Part shown: one piece after another, positions 26,814 through 40,063 of the stretch
Layout of the letters: the number at the start of each line of letters is the position of its first letter
How positions within the stretch are numbered: position 1 is the first letter of the stretch
Origin: Octopus bimaculoides
Taxonomy: Eukaryota
Direction: 5' to 3'
Assembly: GCF_001194135.2 (NCBI RefSeq)
Contig: NC_069008.1
Location: 17,159,312-17,223,311 of the forward strand
Length of the DNA stretch: 64,000 nucleotides
Position numbers and translations under genes: made by a program
The notes under the pieces: model-generated
Told to the model about the DNA's origin: nothing
What the model saw: only the letters and a program-made list of their open reading frames with translations
Databases searched by the model: none

Positions 26814-27483
26814 TGTGTGTGTATGTGTGTTTGTCCCCTCCCCACCAACATCGCTTGACAACCGATGCTGGTGTGTTTACGTCCCCCGTAACTTAGCGGT
26901 TCGGCAAAAAGAGGCCGATAGAATAAGTACTAGGCTTACAAAGAATAAGTCCTGGGGTCGATTTGCTCGACTAAAGGCAGTGCTCCAGGATGGCCGCAGT
27001 CAAATGACTGAAACGAGTAAAAAGAGTAAAGAGTAATTGAAACAAAACTGACATTAGGATGGGAAATACTGTTTAGTTTTGTCTACTTCCGGTTTCTTTA
27101 GATCGAAGAAGTTTTCTCCTGTTTTTTTTCTTAATTTCAAAGTCTTTGATCAGATCCTCGCCATGACACCAGGAACACCATCAAATTCTCTGTCTGATCG
27201 CATAAAACCACTCTGAATATCATTTTAGTGAATTCAACCCCTTAGCGTTTAAACCAGCCCATGTCCGGCACAAGTACTCTACTTGTTTCACATTCAAACC
27301 AGCCAGATCGGTCCTCTCACACCTAGCCTACAATGCCATTCTAAGCTATGAGATAATCCAGGATTAACAGAAAACAATGTGAAGAAAGAAGCATTACGTT
27401 TGACAAAATAATCTGAATGCTTAAAGGGTCTGTGGTATGCCCCGCCCTAAGCACCTGCATATTTTGCTTAATGGTTGAGCACT

Positions 27484-27509
27484 GGTTAGTAGTAGTAGTA
27501 GTAGTAGAG

Positions 27510-27544
<35 letters not shown>

Positions 27545-27557
27545 GGTAGTGGTGGTG

Positions 27558-27621
<64 letters not shown>

Positions 27622-27635
27622 AGGTAGTAGTAGTA

Positions 27636-27667
<32 letters not shown>

Positions 27668-27825
27668 TGTGGTGTAGTAGTAGTAGAGGTGGTGGTGGTA
27701 GTAGTAGTAGAGGTAGTAGTAGTAGTGGTAGTAGTAGTAGTAGTGGTAGTAGTAGTAGTGGTAGTAGTAGTAGTAGTGGTGGTGGTGGTAGTAGTAGTAG
27801 TGGTGGTGGTGGTAGTAGTAGTAGA
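27484..27825. repeat. (GTA/GTG)n microsatellite, representative of many
   Basis: Similar (GAT)n, (CAC)n, (TA)n and (CA)n tracts at about 660-940, 13090-13345, 23850-24100, 38170-38550, 49330-49490, 50655-50925, 58585-58780, 59590-59825, 62775-63045. Confidence 0.95.
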
Positions 27826-28485
27826 TGCATTATTGTTGCTGTTCGTGTTTAGCCAAGTCCTGAAGCAATAGGACCTTATACTATGATCAAAGCTATTTCC
27901 CCACCATGACAACCCCATGCTGGAGCACTGCCTTGAAGAATTTTTGACCCCAGGACTTAACTTTTTAAGTCTGGTACTTATTCTATCACTCTCTTTTGCC
28001 AAGCCGCTAAGTTACAGGGTGGTGGTGGTGGTAGCTGAAGCAGTCAGGGACAATGGTGATAGTAAGCGATGTGAAAGACAGTGCTGATGGTGGTGGAGGG
28101 GAAGGCAGTGAAGTCAAAGGTATTGATGGTGGTGGTGTCAGAAGTCTGAATGGTGTGTGTATGGCAGTTGTGGTGGCGATGGTGGGGTACTGGTGATGGT
28201 TCAAAACAAGAGAGAGAAAGAAAGAGGTTAGACAGAAAAACAATTGTAATGACCTGACCCCTGAATGGGAAAACAAAAAATGTTGTTTATCACAAAGCTT
28301 TTCAATAAGTTCCAAGTCCACAAATTATATCATTGTTTGGATGAAAATTGTTCATTGCTTGAAAAATATTGGTCAAGTTTAATAGAATTAATACTCAATG
28401 CATGAAGTGCCATTGTTGGGCCCAAGGCCTAATGAAGAGCCCTCCACATACATAAATATACACACACACATACATACACATTCAC

Positions 28486-28518
<33 letters not shown>

Positions 28519-30437
28519 GGTCAAAAGCAAACACTTGTACAGTCAAGGTGTACCTTGCAGTGAGATTGAACCTCTAGCAACCATATGATTACGAAGCAAA
28601 CACTTGTAGCTGTTTGGCCTCACCTGCACCCAGAACGCATCCTCCGCACCACTTGAACCAAGCATCTACGAAAGGGTGGCGTGGGGTGGCGTGAGGTGGG
28701 GTGGGGTAACCTTACTCACGTGTACACACGAGGCTGAGAAGAGCCTCGAGAGATACCAGGGAGAACCTTTAACCCCGTCGCATCCATTGTGCCTCGTTAA
28801 GCAATCTGGGTTATCGAAAGCGAATTGACAAAGGTACGAGTCACACGGTCAACGTAAACAGCGTAAACAAAAGAAGAACTCCAAAGAAAATAAAAACTAC
28901 ACTTTGTCCACAAGCTCCAACCCCCACCACCACCCCAACCTCCACAATGCNNNNNNNNNNNNNNNNNNNNNNNNNNNNNNNNNNNNNNNNNNNNNNNNNN
29001 NNNNNNNNNNNNNNNNNNNNCCACAATGCGCGCACCCCCCACCCCCACCCCACCGACACGTCTCTCTTATCTTCCTATCAATTGTTTCTTTGACACATAT
29101 TCCTCTAAATAATACAAACATTAACTGGATATTTATCTTTAGGTGCAGGCATGGCTGTGTGCTAAGTAGCTTGCTTACGAACCACATGGTTCCGGGTTCA
29201 GTCCCAATACATGGCCCCCTTGGGCAAGTGTCTTCTACCATAGCCTCAGGCCGACCAAAGCCTTGTGAGTGGATTCGGTAGACGGAAACTGAAAGAAGCC
29301 CATCATGTGTATCATCATCGTTTAACATCCGTTATCCGTGCTGGTGCAGGTTGGATGGTTTGACCAGGGCTGGCACACTGGAAGGCTGCAGCAGACTCCA
29401 GTCTGATTTGGCATGGTTTTCCATGACTGGATGCCCTTCCTAACGCTAACCACTTGTATATATTTATGTGTGTGTGTTTATGTCTCCATAACTTAGCAGT
29501 TTGCAGCAAAAAAAGACCAATAGAAGAAGTATTAGGCTTACGAAGAATAAGTCCCAGGGCTGATATCTTCAACTAAAAAACCCTTTAAAGGTGGTACTCC
29601 AGCATGGCCACAGACAAATGACTGCAACTAGTAACACAACAAAAGAATGAATATATATTCTTTTATTCCTTTACTCGTTTCAGTCATTTGACTGCAGCCA
29701 TGCTGGAGCACTGCCTTTTGCCAAACAAATCGAGCCTAGTACTTATTCTATCGGCCTCTTTTGCAAAACTGCTAAGCTACGAGGACGTAAACACACCAAC
29801 ATTGGTTGTCAAGCGATGGTGGTGAGGAGGGGACAGACACACACACACACATATATATATACGATGGGCTTCTTTCAGTTTCTGTCTACCAGATCCACTT
29901 ACAAGACTTTGGTCACCTGAGGCTATATATAGTAGAAGACACTGGCCCAAGGTGCCACGCAGTGGGACTGAATCCGGAACCATGCGGTTGGGAAGCAAGC
30001 TTTTTACCACACAGCCATGCCTGCACGATGATGATATACATACAAATTCCTACCAGGAAGCATGAGGCTTTTAATTTTGATACCACCACCATCCCCAAGT
30101 ATGTGAATGGTTCTTTTATTTCAAAGACACACACATCCGGCTGCAGAATAACAAGGAAAAGTGAGTCAAAGTTGACCTCAACAAGACTTGAAAAACAAAA
30201 CACTATTTTGTCCATTCATTCAAAGCCTGTTTTTCCAAGCCAGCATGGGCCAGAAGCAGGAGGAGTGGGGAATTTTGTGACAGGATTTTACAGTCGTGTG
30301 TACATCCTGTTGTCAACCTTTTCCCGTTTTTTGAATAAGGACTATTTTGTTTTATTCTAGAGTCTTCGAAAGTGAATAGCAACCCACCAGATCAAAGGAG
30401 AATGTCAACATTTCCACTGTTTCGCTTGATCCGTCAG

Positions 30438-31613
30438 CATTTAAACCAACCATATCTGTCCCAAATTGTTTCATGTTCAGACTGGCCAGAGAGGGCCGGC
30501 CCATCGCGCCTACCTTACAATGTCGTTCTAAGAATAAACAATAGCATCATTGAAATCTTGAAGCTATGATATAAATGCATCCTTAATTGAAAACAATGTG
30601 AATACATAAACATTACATTTGGCAGATAATGCTTAAGGATTAAAATAGGGACCACAGGAACCATTGAGGCAGCTCCTACTTATCACCAGACCTTACACAC
30701 TGTATCAGCCAAATCTCCTCTCAACAGACTTCTTACTGTCTTTAATCCTTTAGCATGTAAACCTGCCATATCTGAGGGTCAAAGACTCTACCTGTTTTAT
30801 ATTCAAACTGGTCAGATCCAGCCTCTCACACCTACCCTGCCATGTCATTCTAAAAATAAACAATCCCATCATTGAAATCTCAAAGCTATGAAATAATGCA
30901 AAAAACACTGAATAAATAAGCGTTACATTTGACAGAGGAATCTGAATGCTAAAGGGCTAAAATAGGGACCACAGGGACCAGTGAAGGAGCTTCTATGTAG
31001 TCACTTGACCTTACACAATGTAACAGCCAAATCTTCCCTCAACAAACTCCCTACTCTCTTTAACCATTTAACATTGAAACCAGCCATACCTAGATGAAAT
31101 ATTCTACTTGTGTTCAAACTGACTAGATCTGGCCTCTTATACCTACCCTACAATGTTCTTTTAAAAATAAAACAATCAAATCATTGAAATCTCAAAGCTA
31201 TGAGATAACGCCAGGGTTAATTCAAAACTATGTGAATAAGGGTTATAATAGGGACCACGTAAACTAGTGGACCTTACACTATGTAAACAGCTAAATCTTC
31301 CCTCAACAAACTCCCTATTCTCTTTAACCATTTAACATTTCCAACCCAAATATCCTACCTGTTTTTATGTTCAAGCAAGCCATGTTCAGCCTAACCCTTT
31401 AACATTGAAACCAGCCATACCTAGATGAAATATTCTACTTGTTGTGTTCAAACTGACTAGATCTGGCCTCTTATACCTACCTTACAATGTCATTCTAAAA
31501 ATAAACAATCACAACATTGCAGTCTCAAAGCTATGAGATAATCTAGGATTAATACAAAATGTTAATAAACAAGCATTACATTTGACAGAGTAATCTCAAT
31601 GTTAAAGAATTAA
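30438..31613. repeat. Head-to-tail array of MITE family 1 alternating with a ~105-bp module
   Basis: The tagggaccac..ccaaatctcccctcaacaaactccctactctct module recurs at about 30646, 30961 and 31248 between MITE copies. Confidence 0.8.
30742..30960. mobile_element. piggyBac-like MITE family 1 (representative copy)
   Basis: Ends ttaa-tcctttagcat / atgctaaagggc-taa. Other copies at about 2896-3079, 3179-3366, 16990-17173, 27238-27425, 30438-30645, 31060-31250, 31391-31613; fragments at 4470-4520 and 36230-36310. A TTAA-CCC terminus is piggyBac-like. Confidence 0.65.
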
Positions 31614-31877
31614 GCGCAAAAGCCATAATCTCGTTAATGAAAAGTGCCATAAAATATTTGCATTTTGGGAACATTGATTGATGTCTGTCAGTTAAGAGTT
31701 ACCTCTACTGGTTTCAATCATTAGACTGCGGCCATGCTGGGGCACCACCTTGAAGAATTTTTAGTCGAATGAATCAAACCCAGAACTCTTTTTTTTTAAG
31801 ACTGTATTTATTCTTTTGAGCTCTTTTGCCAAGCTGCTAAGCTACAAGGACATAAACACACCAACATTGGTTGTCAA

Positions 31878-31911
<34 letters not shown>

Positions 31912-32314
31912 TGCCCTAACTCTTCGAAACGCCTGTGTTAGAATGGGGGCAGCTGATGAAGGAGATCTTCTCTATGTGGCCTGTGTGTTTTCTGTACTCG
32001 TTTATCATTTTGTCTATGTTTTGTTTGCAATGTCCTGTACCTAGATATGCATCTATATATACAGGTAGATGTAAGTATGTACATACATGTACGTATATAT
32101 GCATATACTCATTTATTATTTGTATTATATATACACATATAATCCTTTCTAGTGTAAGCACAAGGCATGAAATTTTGTGAGAGAGGTAAGTCTATTATCT
32201 CAACCCCAGCGTGTAACTGGTACTTAATTAATCAACTCCCAAAACGATGAAGGACAAAGCCAACCACAGCAGAATCTGAAGTAAGGAAGAAAGAAAAGAA
32301 AGGAAAAGGCAAAC

Positions 32315-32498
32315 ATGGTCATGTGGTTTAAGAAGTTAACACCTTGAGATAATGTGGTCCAAGATGGACAATGCCTGTATAAAAGATCGGACAGTCGTGG
32401 TTGGATATGGTCATGTGGTTTAAGAAGTTAACACCTTGAGATAATGTGGTCCAAGATGGACAATGCCTGTATAAAAGATCGGATAGTCGTGGTTGGAT
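32315..32498. repeat. 92-bp tandem duplication
   Basis: Units start at 32315 and 32407; one substitution. Confidence 0.9.
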
Positions 32499-33010
32499 CA
32501 ACTTACGGGCACAAGAATACAACTGGTTACATAATAAACAAGGGTTGTACCGACCCTGGGCCCTGCAATTTCTGAACAAATAATTTTTTTTTTTTTTTAA
32601 ATAAACAATAAACAGCAAAGTACAAGAAAAAAAAAGTTTCACTTCACTTAATCATCACAAGATGGCTTATAGACCACAGTTGAAGATTAGGAAGATAACA
32701 GCACAAAAATTAAATCAAAAGGCTATCTGGACATGCAAAAGACAGTTTGTTGCTACACCAAAGTTCAATCCTCAGTTTATCTAAACCTTTCTCCCTGGGC
32801 CACATCCACTCACGTCAATTTCATTGTATTAGTGATTTCAAATTTCGGCGCAAGCTCTGAGGCCAGCAATTTCAGGGTTGGGCAAGGCGCAATGACATCG
32901 GTCCCTAGAGTTCAGCTAGGGCTTATTTCATCGACCCCGGAAGGGTAAAGTCGACCTCAGTGGAACCAAAAGTTGGATGAAATGTTAAGCATTTTGTCCG
33001 ACATGCTAAC

Positions 33011-33164
33011 CAGGGCTGTGGAGTCAGAGGCAAGGAGTCAGAAGCAATCAAGGGGTAGCTGGAGTCAGAGTCGGTAAACTAGACCACAATCAAGACTTGG
33101 AGTCAGAGGTGCCAATAATAGAGAAGTCAGAGTCAAAGTTTTTTGTTTCGACTCCACAGTCCTG
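33011..33164. mobile_element. hAT-like MITE with GGAGTC subterminal repeats
   Basis: cagggctgtggagtc ... gactccacagtcctg; several internal ggagtcagag motifs. Confidence 0.7.
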
Positions 33165-33345
33165 CAATTTTGGAGGAGGGGGGACTAGTCGATTATATCG
33201 ACCCCAGTGTGTCACTGGTACTTAATTTATCGACTCTGAAATGATGAAAGGTGGAATTCAAATTCAGATTGTAAAGACAGACAAAATGTTGCTAAGCATT
33301 TCACCTGGTTTGCTAGGATTTTGCCAGCTCCCTGCCTTCGTTACC

Positions 33346-33378
<33 letters not shown>

Positions 33379-34603
33379 AGCACTCAGAGAGCACAAACCT
33401 CAGCCAAGATAACAGCAATGTCCTCTCAGTGGTTAGCCAGAGATGATTTTTAAAATGAGAATATCTGCTTTCACAAATCATCATCATCATCATCGTTTAA
33501 CGTCCGCTTTCCATGCTGGCATGGGTTGGACGGTTTGACTGAGGACTGGTGAAACCGGATGGCTACACCAGGCTCCAATCTGATCTGGCAAAGCTTCTAC
33601 ACCTGGCTGCCCTTCCTAACGCCAACCACTCCGAGAATGTAGTGGATGCTTTTACGTGCCACCAGCACGAGGGCCAGTCAGGTGGTACTGGAAACGACCA
33701 CGAGAATACTAAAAACAAACCTGACCGTTCTCAAAAACTAAGTGAAAAAAAACAGAAAATTAATCCAGAATCCTTGTCCAGTAACTTAGCGATTCGGCAA
33801 AAAAGATCGATAGAATAAGTACCGGGCTTACAAAAAATAAGTCCTGGAGTCGGTTTGTTTGATTAAAGGCGGTACTCCAACATGGCCGCAGTCAAATGAC
33901 TGAAACAAGTAAAATAAAAGAATCTGGTGTAGCCATCTGGCTCACCAGTCCTCAGTCAAACCGTCCAACCCATGCTAGCATGGAAAGCGGACGTTAAATG
34001 ATGATGATGATTTGTGAAAGCAGATATTCTCATTTTAAAAATCATCTCTGGCGTACATGCACAAACATACATACATACAAGCTTCTATCAGTCTCCAGTT
34101 ACCAAATCCACTTGTGTAATTTGAGAGATTTGACTGCCATTTCTAACAAGGCCACCAACCACACTAACAATTCAATCATCATCTCTCACACACACACAGC
34201 TCATATATTCCATCTTTTGACCTTCTTGTCACCAATACATTCACTGTAGTTTCTAGGTTAATGAGACACATTAATTAACCTAATGACAATATATATTTTT
34301 CACATATTATATTCATTTCACAGCCAGTCAATCGACCAGTGTCCTTGGCTACAATGTCAACCCATTCAAATACTGACGACCCAAGTCCACCTTAGATTAT
34401 CACATGAAAGCACCTCCATTTTCAATCATGCATCAATCTTATATAACACCTTTTATTACAATCCCCGTGGGTCCGATACCTGCAGCAGGCAGCACATTGT
34501 AACCTTGAGCAAGGTACTTCATCCGCTGAGAAGGAATACCAGCTGACTACTAGTGCAGCCCCCTCTCTCTATGTCTAGCTGCCACATCAGCAATGCTCTA
34601 CGG

Positions 34604-34977
34604 CAATGTTTCTCAACCCTATTTACCTTTGCCTGACCCTTCAAATAAATTACATGTCTCAAGGGAACCCTACACAAAAAAAGTTATGTACCATATCTTT
34701 CTCATATTATTTTCATTGTAGTTCACGTGGTAAATATCATATATATATATACATATATATATGTGTGTATAGTGTTAGGTATGGTGTGTGTAACCTTGTG
34801 GATAGCGTTGGCGATTTTTTCTTCCTCTATCTTCCCTTCTTTGGACTTTCCTATGTTTCTGACGAAGAGCTCTGCTCGAAATTTCAAATTCTCTTTCTTT
34901 CCTTTCCCGAGCGTCCAGTAGCACAATCTGTATCACGTCCTCGCGTTGTTGTTTTTTTGTCGTTTTTCTTTTTTGAA

Positions 34978-35015
<38 letters not shown>

Positions 35016-35282
35016 CACATACACACACACACACATATATTTAGGGCATCCATAAATTACAGACCTCATTAAATATATCCCCCCCCCCCAATGGTTATAT
35101 TTTTTTGATAACAGGTTAGATAGGATGATGTCTATATTACAATAACCAATAATATGTTGTGCATCTATAATAATATTACAATCATGAAATTAGCATTAGC
35201 TTATCTCACTCTTTCTCATGGAACCCCTAGAAACCTTTTGCAGAACCCTAAGGTTCAGGGGAACCCCGGTTGAGAAACGCTG
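34604..35282. mobile_element. hAT-type MITE carrying nested microsatellite and Penelope-like DNA
   Basis: TIRs caatgtttctcaacc / ggttgagaaacgctg; no TSD retained. Confidence 0.6.
34852..34890 (+). ncRNA. Degenerate hammerhead-like core in a Penelope-like fragment
   Basis: GUUU-CUGACGA-A-GAGC(UCU)GCUC-GAAA-UU-UC-AAAU; stem III is not palindromic, so probably inactive. Confidence 0.45.
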
Positions 35283-35342
35283 CTGGGTTAACAGTGTGTG
35301 ACCCAAGAGGATGTGTAGGTCTGTCCCTCATTACATGGGCAC

Positions 35343-35575
35343 CTAAAGCAAACTAGCAAAAGCATGGCCCATGCTCCCATGTGGTACTAACTCACAAGTA
35401 ACAGCTATAGCTCTTTCCCTTCTGGCATGGGTGGATTGGGTTGCATCCAGCACAGCCTTTTTGTGAGGGTCAGCTTCCGGAGCCCGGTATCTGTCGTCCC
35501 TTATTTCCACGTCTTCCTTGGCCTGCCTCTGTTTCAACACGATCCCTCTACCTGGATCACTTGGCATTATTTGGT
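35343..35575 (-). mobile_element. Decayed 3' end of an RTE-clade LINE
   Basis: Minus frame VEGSC*NRGRPRKTW, followed by acccaatccacccatgccagaagggaaa, similar to the tail of the RTE-related SINE. Confidence 0.7.
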
Positions 35576-37062
35576 ACCCAACTGTCGGCCACCAACCACA
35601 TCACATCTGTCTTCTTTCTACAGAAAATGTATAAATTATAAAAAGGGGTCAGCAGTCCTTTCATCAGATCCCTTTTATACCCAGCTTATTTCTGATCTAT
35701 TTGTTAACCTATAAACATCTCTGCCTTCAATGACTGTTGTACAAACATGTAAGAAGGCACATTGTACGCATACATCACAGAATCCACCATTCCTTTACGA
35801 ACAGAATCCTTTTACCACAAGCCAAAGTGACAGCTCCCAGAACTTTTGCCAGCCTTCTTGTATCTATGGCACTGTCAATTAGGTTACCAAGTCATCAACT
35901 ACAACTAGTGGCAAATATAGATTGGTGTATTAAGACGGTGTTTGGGACACAACAAAAAATAAATATGCATAGATACATTAAGATTGCATCTTGAACAGAC
36001 CAAAAGACATATAGATTGGGATATTATTAAGATGGAGTTTTGAAACATGGCAAACGACAAATATATCTCGGTATGTGAAGATGGTGTACATGTTTACTGA
36101 TAAATAAACCAGTCAACAAATACACACACCATCCATTATATGACAATGAGAATTCAGTTGTTTGATCTTAATTAAATTATCTGCTCCTGAATTAACATCT
36201 AAGTACTCCATAGAAACAGGTACCCTTGACCCTTTAGTATTCAGATTACTCTGTCAAATATATTGCTTATTTCCTCACATTGTTTTGAATTAGTAATGCA
36301 TTATCTCATAAAAAAAAGGGTAAAGACCCGCTTCAGTACAGGATCTCACAGAACGTAAACAACAAAAAATATTAAAATGCGAATACATGGAAAATGAACT
36401 TTTTTTTTGCAAACAACGAAGGAAACAGATGGAAAACAAGACATGCAACATAAAAAGAATGGCCCTTCATCAATTGTCGGCTGTTTTTCCCAATCCGTAT
36501 TTTGAGCATTTCACGACAAGATACGCCTTTGATAAAACACTTGTTCTCGCAAAGCAAATTTTAAAAAATTGGGGATTTTGCAGAGGGTCAAAATTGGTAA
36601 GAAAAAAACAGGACAGTGAGAACCAACAGGAAGGGCTGCTAAGCCTATACGAAGTGAGGTGGTGAACGTGGAGAAGCAAGCTTGGACAGGAGACAGACAA
36701 GAATATGTCTGATTCGTCCAGCAGTACCAAGACGAAAGAAGAAAGAACACATACACGCACACACGTCTTTGCAACAGTATCATTTGCAATATCCGTTTTG
36801 AAATTGTTTACATTCTCATTCTGTTCATTTCACACACACATGCAAACATCTATAAAGCGGTGGCCCACCATGGCTGCAATCCAATGACTCAAACAATATA
36901 TAGAGTTTGACAAGCCGTCGACGAGGCTAAGCCGTGTGTGGATGGAAGACCACTAGTCACTCTGTGACCAGACCATAGACTTTACATATATATACACATA
37001 TATATATACACACACACACGTGCATATATACACACACACACGCATATTTACACACATACAAA

Positions 37063-37116
<54 letters not shown>

Positions 37117-37887
37117 NNNNNNNNNNNNNNNNNNNNNNNNNNNNNNNNNNNNNNNNNNNNNNNNNNNNNNNNNNNNNNNNNNNNNNNNNNNNNNNNNNNN
37201 NNNNNNNNNNNNNNNNNNNNNNNNNNNNNNNNNNNNNNNNNNNNNNNNNNNNNNNNNNNNNNNNNNNNNNNNNNNNNNNNNNNNNNNNNNNNNNNNNNNN
37301 NNNNNNNNNNNNNNNNNNNNNNNNNNNNNNNNNNNNNNNNNNNNNNNNNNNNNNNNNNNNNNNNNNNNNNNNNNNNNNNNNNNNNNNNNNNNNNNNNNNN
37401 NNNNNNNNNNNNNNNNNNNNNNNNNNNNNNNNNNNNNNNNNNNNNNNNNNNNNNNNNNNNNNNNNNNNNNNNNNNNNNNNNNNNNNNNNNNNNACCACTT
37501 TCATTCCCCCTAACTCCAACTGCACGTACACAATTGCTCTCTCTCTCTTGTAGTATATACACACACACACATAGATTTCTTTCAACACTAATATATTACC
37601 TTTTCCTTTCTTGCAATACATACATACATATACATATATATATATATATTATATACAACTATCTCGTACACATTGCAGCACTGGCACTCACTCTCGAATC
37701 ATTTGTCTCCACTCTCACTCAAAACCTTACAAACATACACAATTCATTCTCCCACCTCTCTTTCTCCCGTTTCTCTTTTTCCTCACTTCCTTTCTCTCTT
37801 TCTCGTTTCTCCTTTCCACCCCATCTCTCTTTGTCTCTCTCAGTACACTTCTCTCACTATATATATATATCTTTCTTTCGCTTTCAA

Positions 37888-37919
<32 letters not shown>

Positions 37920-39378
37920 GCTCTTTCCATCTCTCCCTCTCTACTTTTCACTCTCTCTGCTCTCTGTGTACTTCTTTCTCACTCCACTCTCTCTACGGCT
38001 CTCACACACTTTCTATCTCCCTCCCTCTACCATTAACGCTCTCTCTCTCTCTCCCTTACCTTTTCTCTCAAACACTTTCTATCCCTCTCTCCTTTTCACT
38101 ACGTACCTCTTTCTTCTTTACCTCCCTTATGTTCTTTCTTCCTTTTCCTCTCTACCTCACTTTCTATTTATCTCTAACTACATACACACACACATAGATA
38201 TACACACACACATAAATATATATATACACACACACATAAATATATATATATACACACACACACACATAGATAAATATATATATACACACACATAGATATA
38301 TATATATACACACTCACACACACATAGATAAATATACATATACACACACACACACATAGATATATATACATATACACACACACACATAGATAATATATAT
38401 ACACACATAGATAAATATATATATATATATATATACACACACAGAGATAAATATATATATACACACACACATAGATATATATATACACACACATAGATAA
38501 TATATATACACAGACATAGATAAATATATATACACACAAACACATATATATTCTGGTCTTCCGTCTTATTATTATATCTGTTACACTTCACTCATTCTCT
38601 CACAAACAAACACACAACTGTCTCCGATGTCTCCCGCACAGCCTTACCCACNNNNNNNNNNNNNNNNNNNNNNNNNNNNNNNNNNNNNNNNNNNNNNNNN
38701 NNNNNNNNNNNNNNNNNNNNNNNNNNNNNNNNNNNNNNNNNNNNNNNNNNNNNNNNNNNNNNNNNNNNNNNNNNNNNNNNNNNNNNNNNNNNNNNNNNNN
38801 NNNNNNNNNNNNNNNNNNNNNNNNNNNNNNNNNNNNNNNNNNNNNNNNNNATATATTCTGATCTTCTGTCTTATTATTATATCTGTTACACTTCACTCAT
38901 TCTCTCACAAACAAACAAACACACAACTGTCTCCGATGTCTCCCGCACAGCCTTACCCACTCGTTCTTCTCACCTCTTGCTTTCTACTCGGAAAAAAAAC
39001 CCCAGACAAACACAAAAACCAAAACACACGGACATAAATAACCTTTCCAAAGCCGACAGGGGCAAAACAATAACAGACACAAATATAAACTACAGAACAA
39101 GAACAGCAACAAGAGAAATACATATACACGGCGGCCGTCTCTCTCTCGCTCCCTTCCTCTCTCTCTAGACATATATAGAGATGAGTGTGAGTGTGAGTGG
39201 AGGCAAACCATCAACACTCACATCATGGCTGACAATTTCAGCTTTCAACATAACACAAACAAACCCCACCGAAAACGTTAGTTATTGAAGCGAAAAGCCA
39301 CGCGTGGACCATGCAGAGCGCTGAGGCGGACGCCCCTCTAGAGACGGGTACGTATATACGGGTGAAAAATCTACTCAC

Positions 39379-39480
39379 CATGGGCCGCAACAGAGCAGAA
39401 ATACCGAGGGCACGGGTTTCGAGCTGCTACTAACCTCCTCTCCGTCGCCATCTATAAGCATCGCTGGTCACGTGACCAAA
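39379..39480 (-). promoter_or_regulatory. CpG-rich promoter with CLEAR/USF E-box palindrome, YY1-like site and a candidate first exon
   Basis: 14-bp palindrome tggtcacgtgacca at 39465-39478; minus-strand tagATGGCGac at about 39454-39444; donor cccatg|gtgagt after 39379. Confidence 0.55.
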
Positions 39481-40011
39481 ATATCTAAAAAAGAAACAAA
39501 ACAAAAGCAAAAACAAGGCAAAAAACAAAAAAAAGCCCGGTAGGAAGAATGCTTTTACTGTTTCACGTTAGCCTTTTTTTTTTTTTATAATTCACGTTAT
39601 TTTTTCTTAAAATACACGTTTTTCTTCCTGAAAAACGTTTAAATGAAATTATTGAATAAAATAAATAAAAACCGTTTCGTGTTTTTTTATTGTTCGTCTT
39701 CTTAGGTAGGAAGTCTCTTGTTTCTGTCTAATTGTTTTCTTTAAATTGAAAGAAAAAAACGCATTGGTGTCGAGATTAATAAAATAACACTACTTTGTCC
39801 CTCAGTGCGTGTCTATGTATATTTGTAGGATTATATCTTTGTATATATGTGTCCGTGACTGTTTGTATGATTATATTTGTGTGTATGTATGTGTGTGTGT
39901 GTGTAACGGGATTTTTATGCTTTAGTGTGTGTGTATGTCTTTATGTATACATATGCACACATATATTACTATATATATATATATACATATACCTACACAC
40001 ATTTATATATA

Positions 40012-40063
<52 letters not shown>

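Noticed and set aside
31911-31975. Permuted hammerhead-like pieces (ctcttc GAAAC gcctg..gcag CTGATGA A ggaga)
   Set aside because: Stems I and II can be drawn, but the required U16.1-H17 cleavage site is missing. At best a decayed Penelope-type remnant.
32509-32573. Possible minus-strand exon (GPRVGTTLVYYVTSCILVP) joining the 39.4-kb first exon
   Set aside because: Poor polypyrimidine tract, no recognisable protein, and the sequence resembles a DNA-transposon end.
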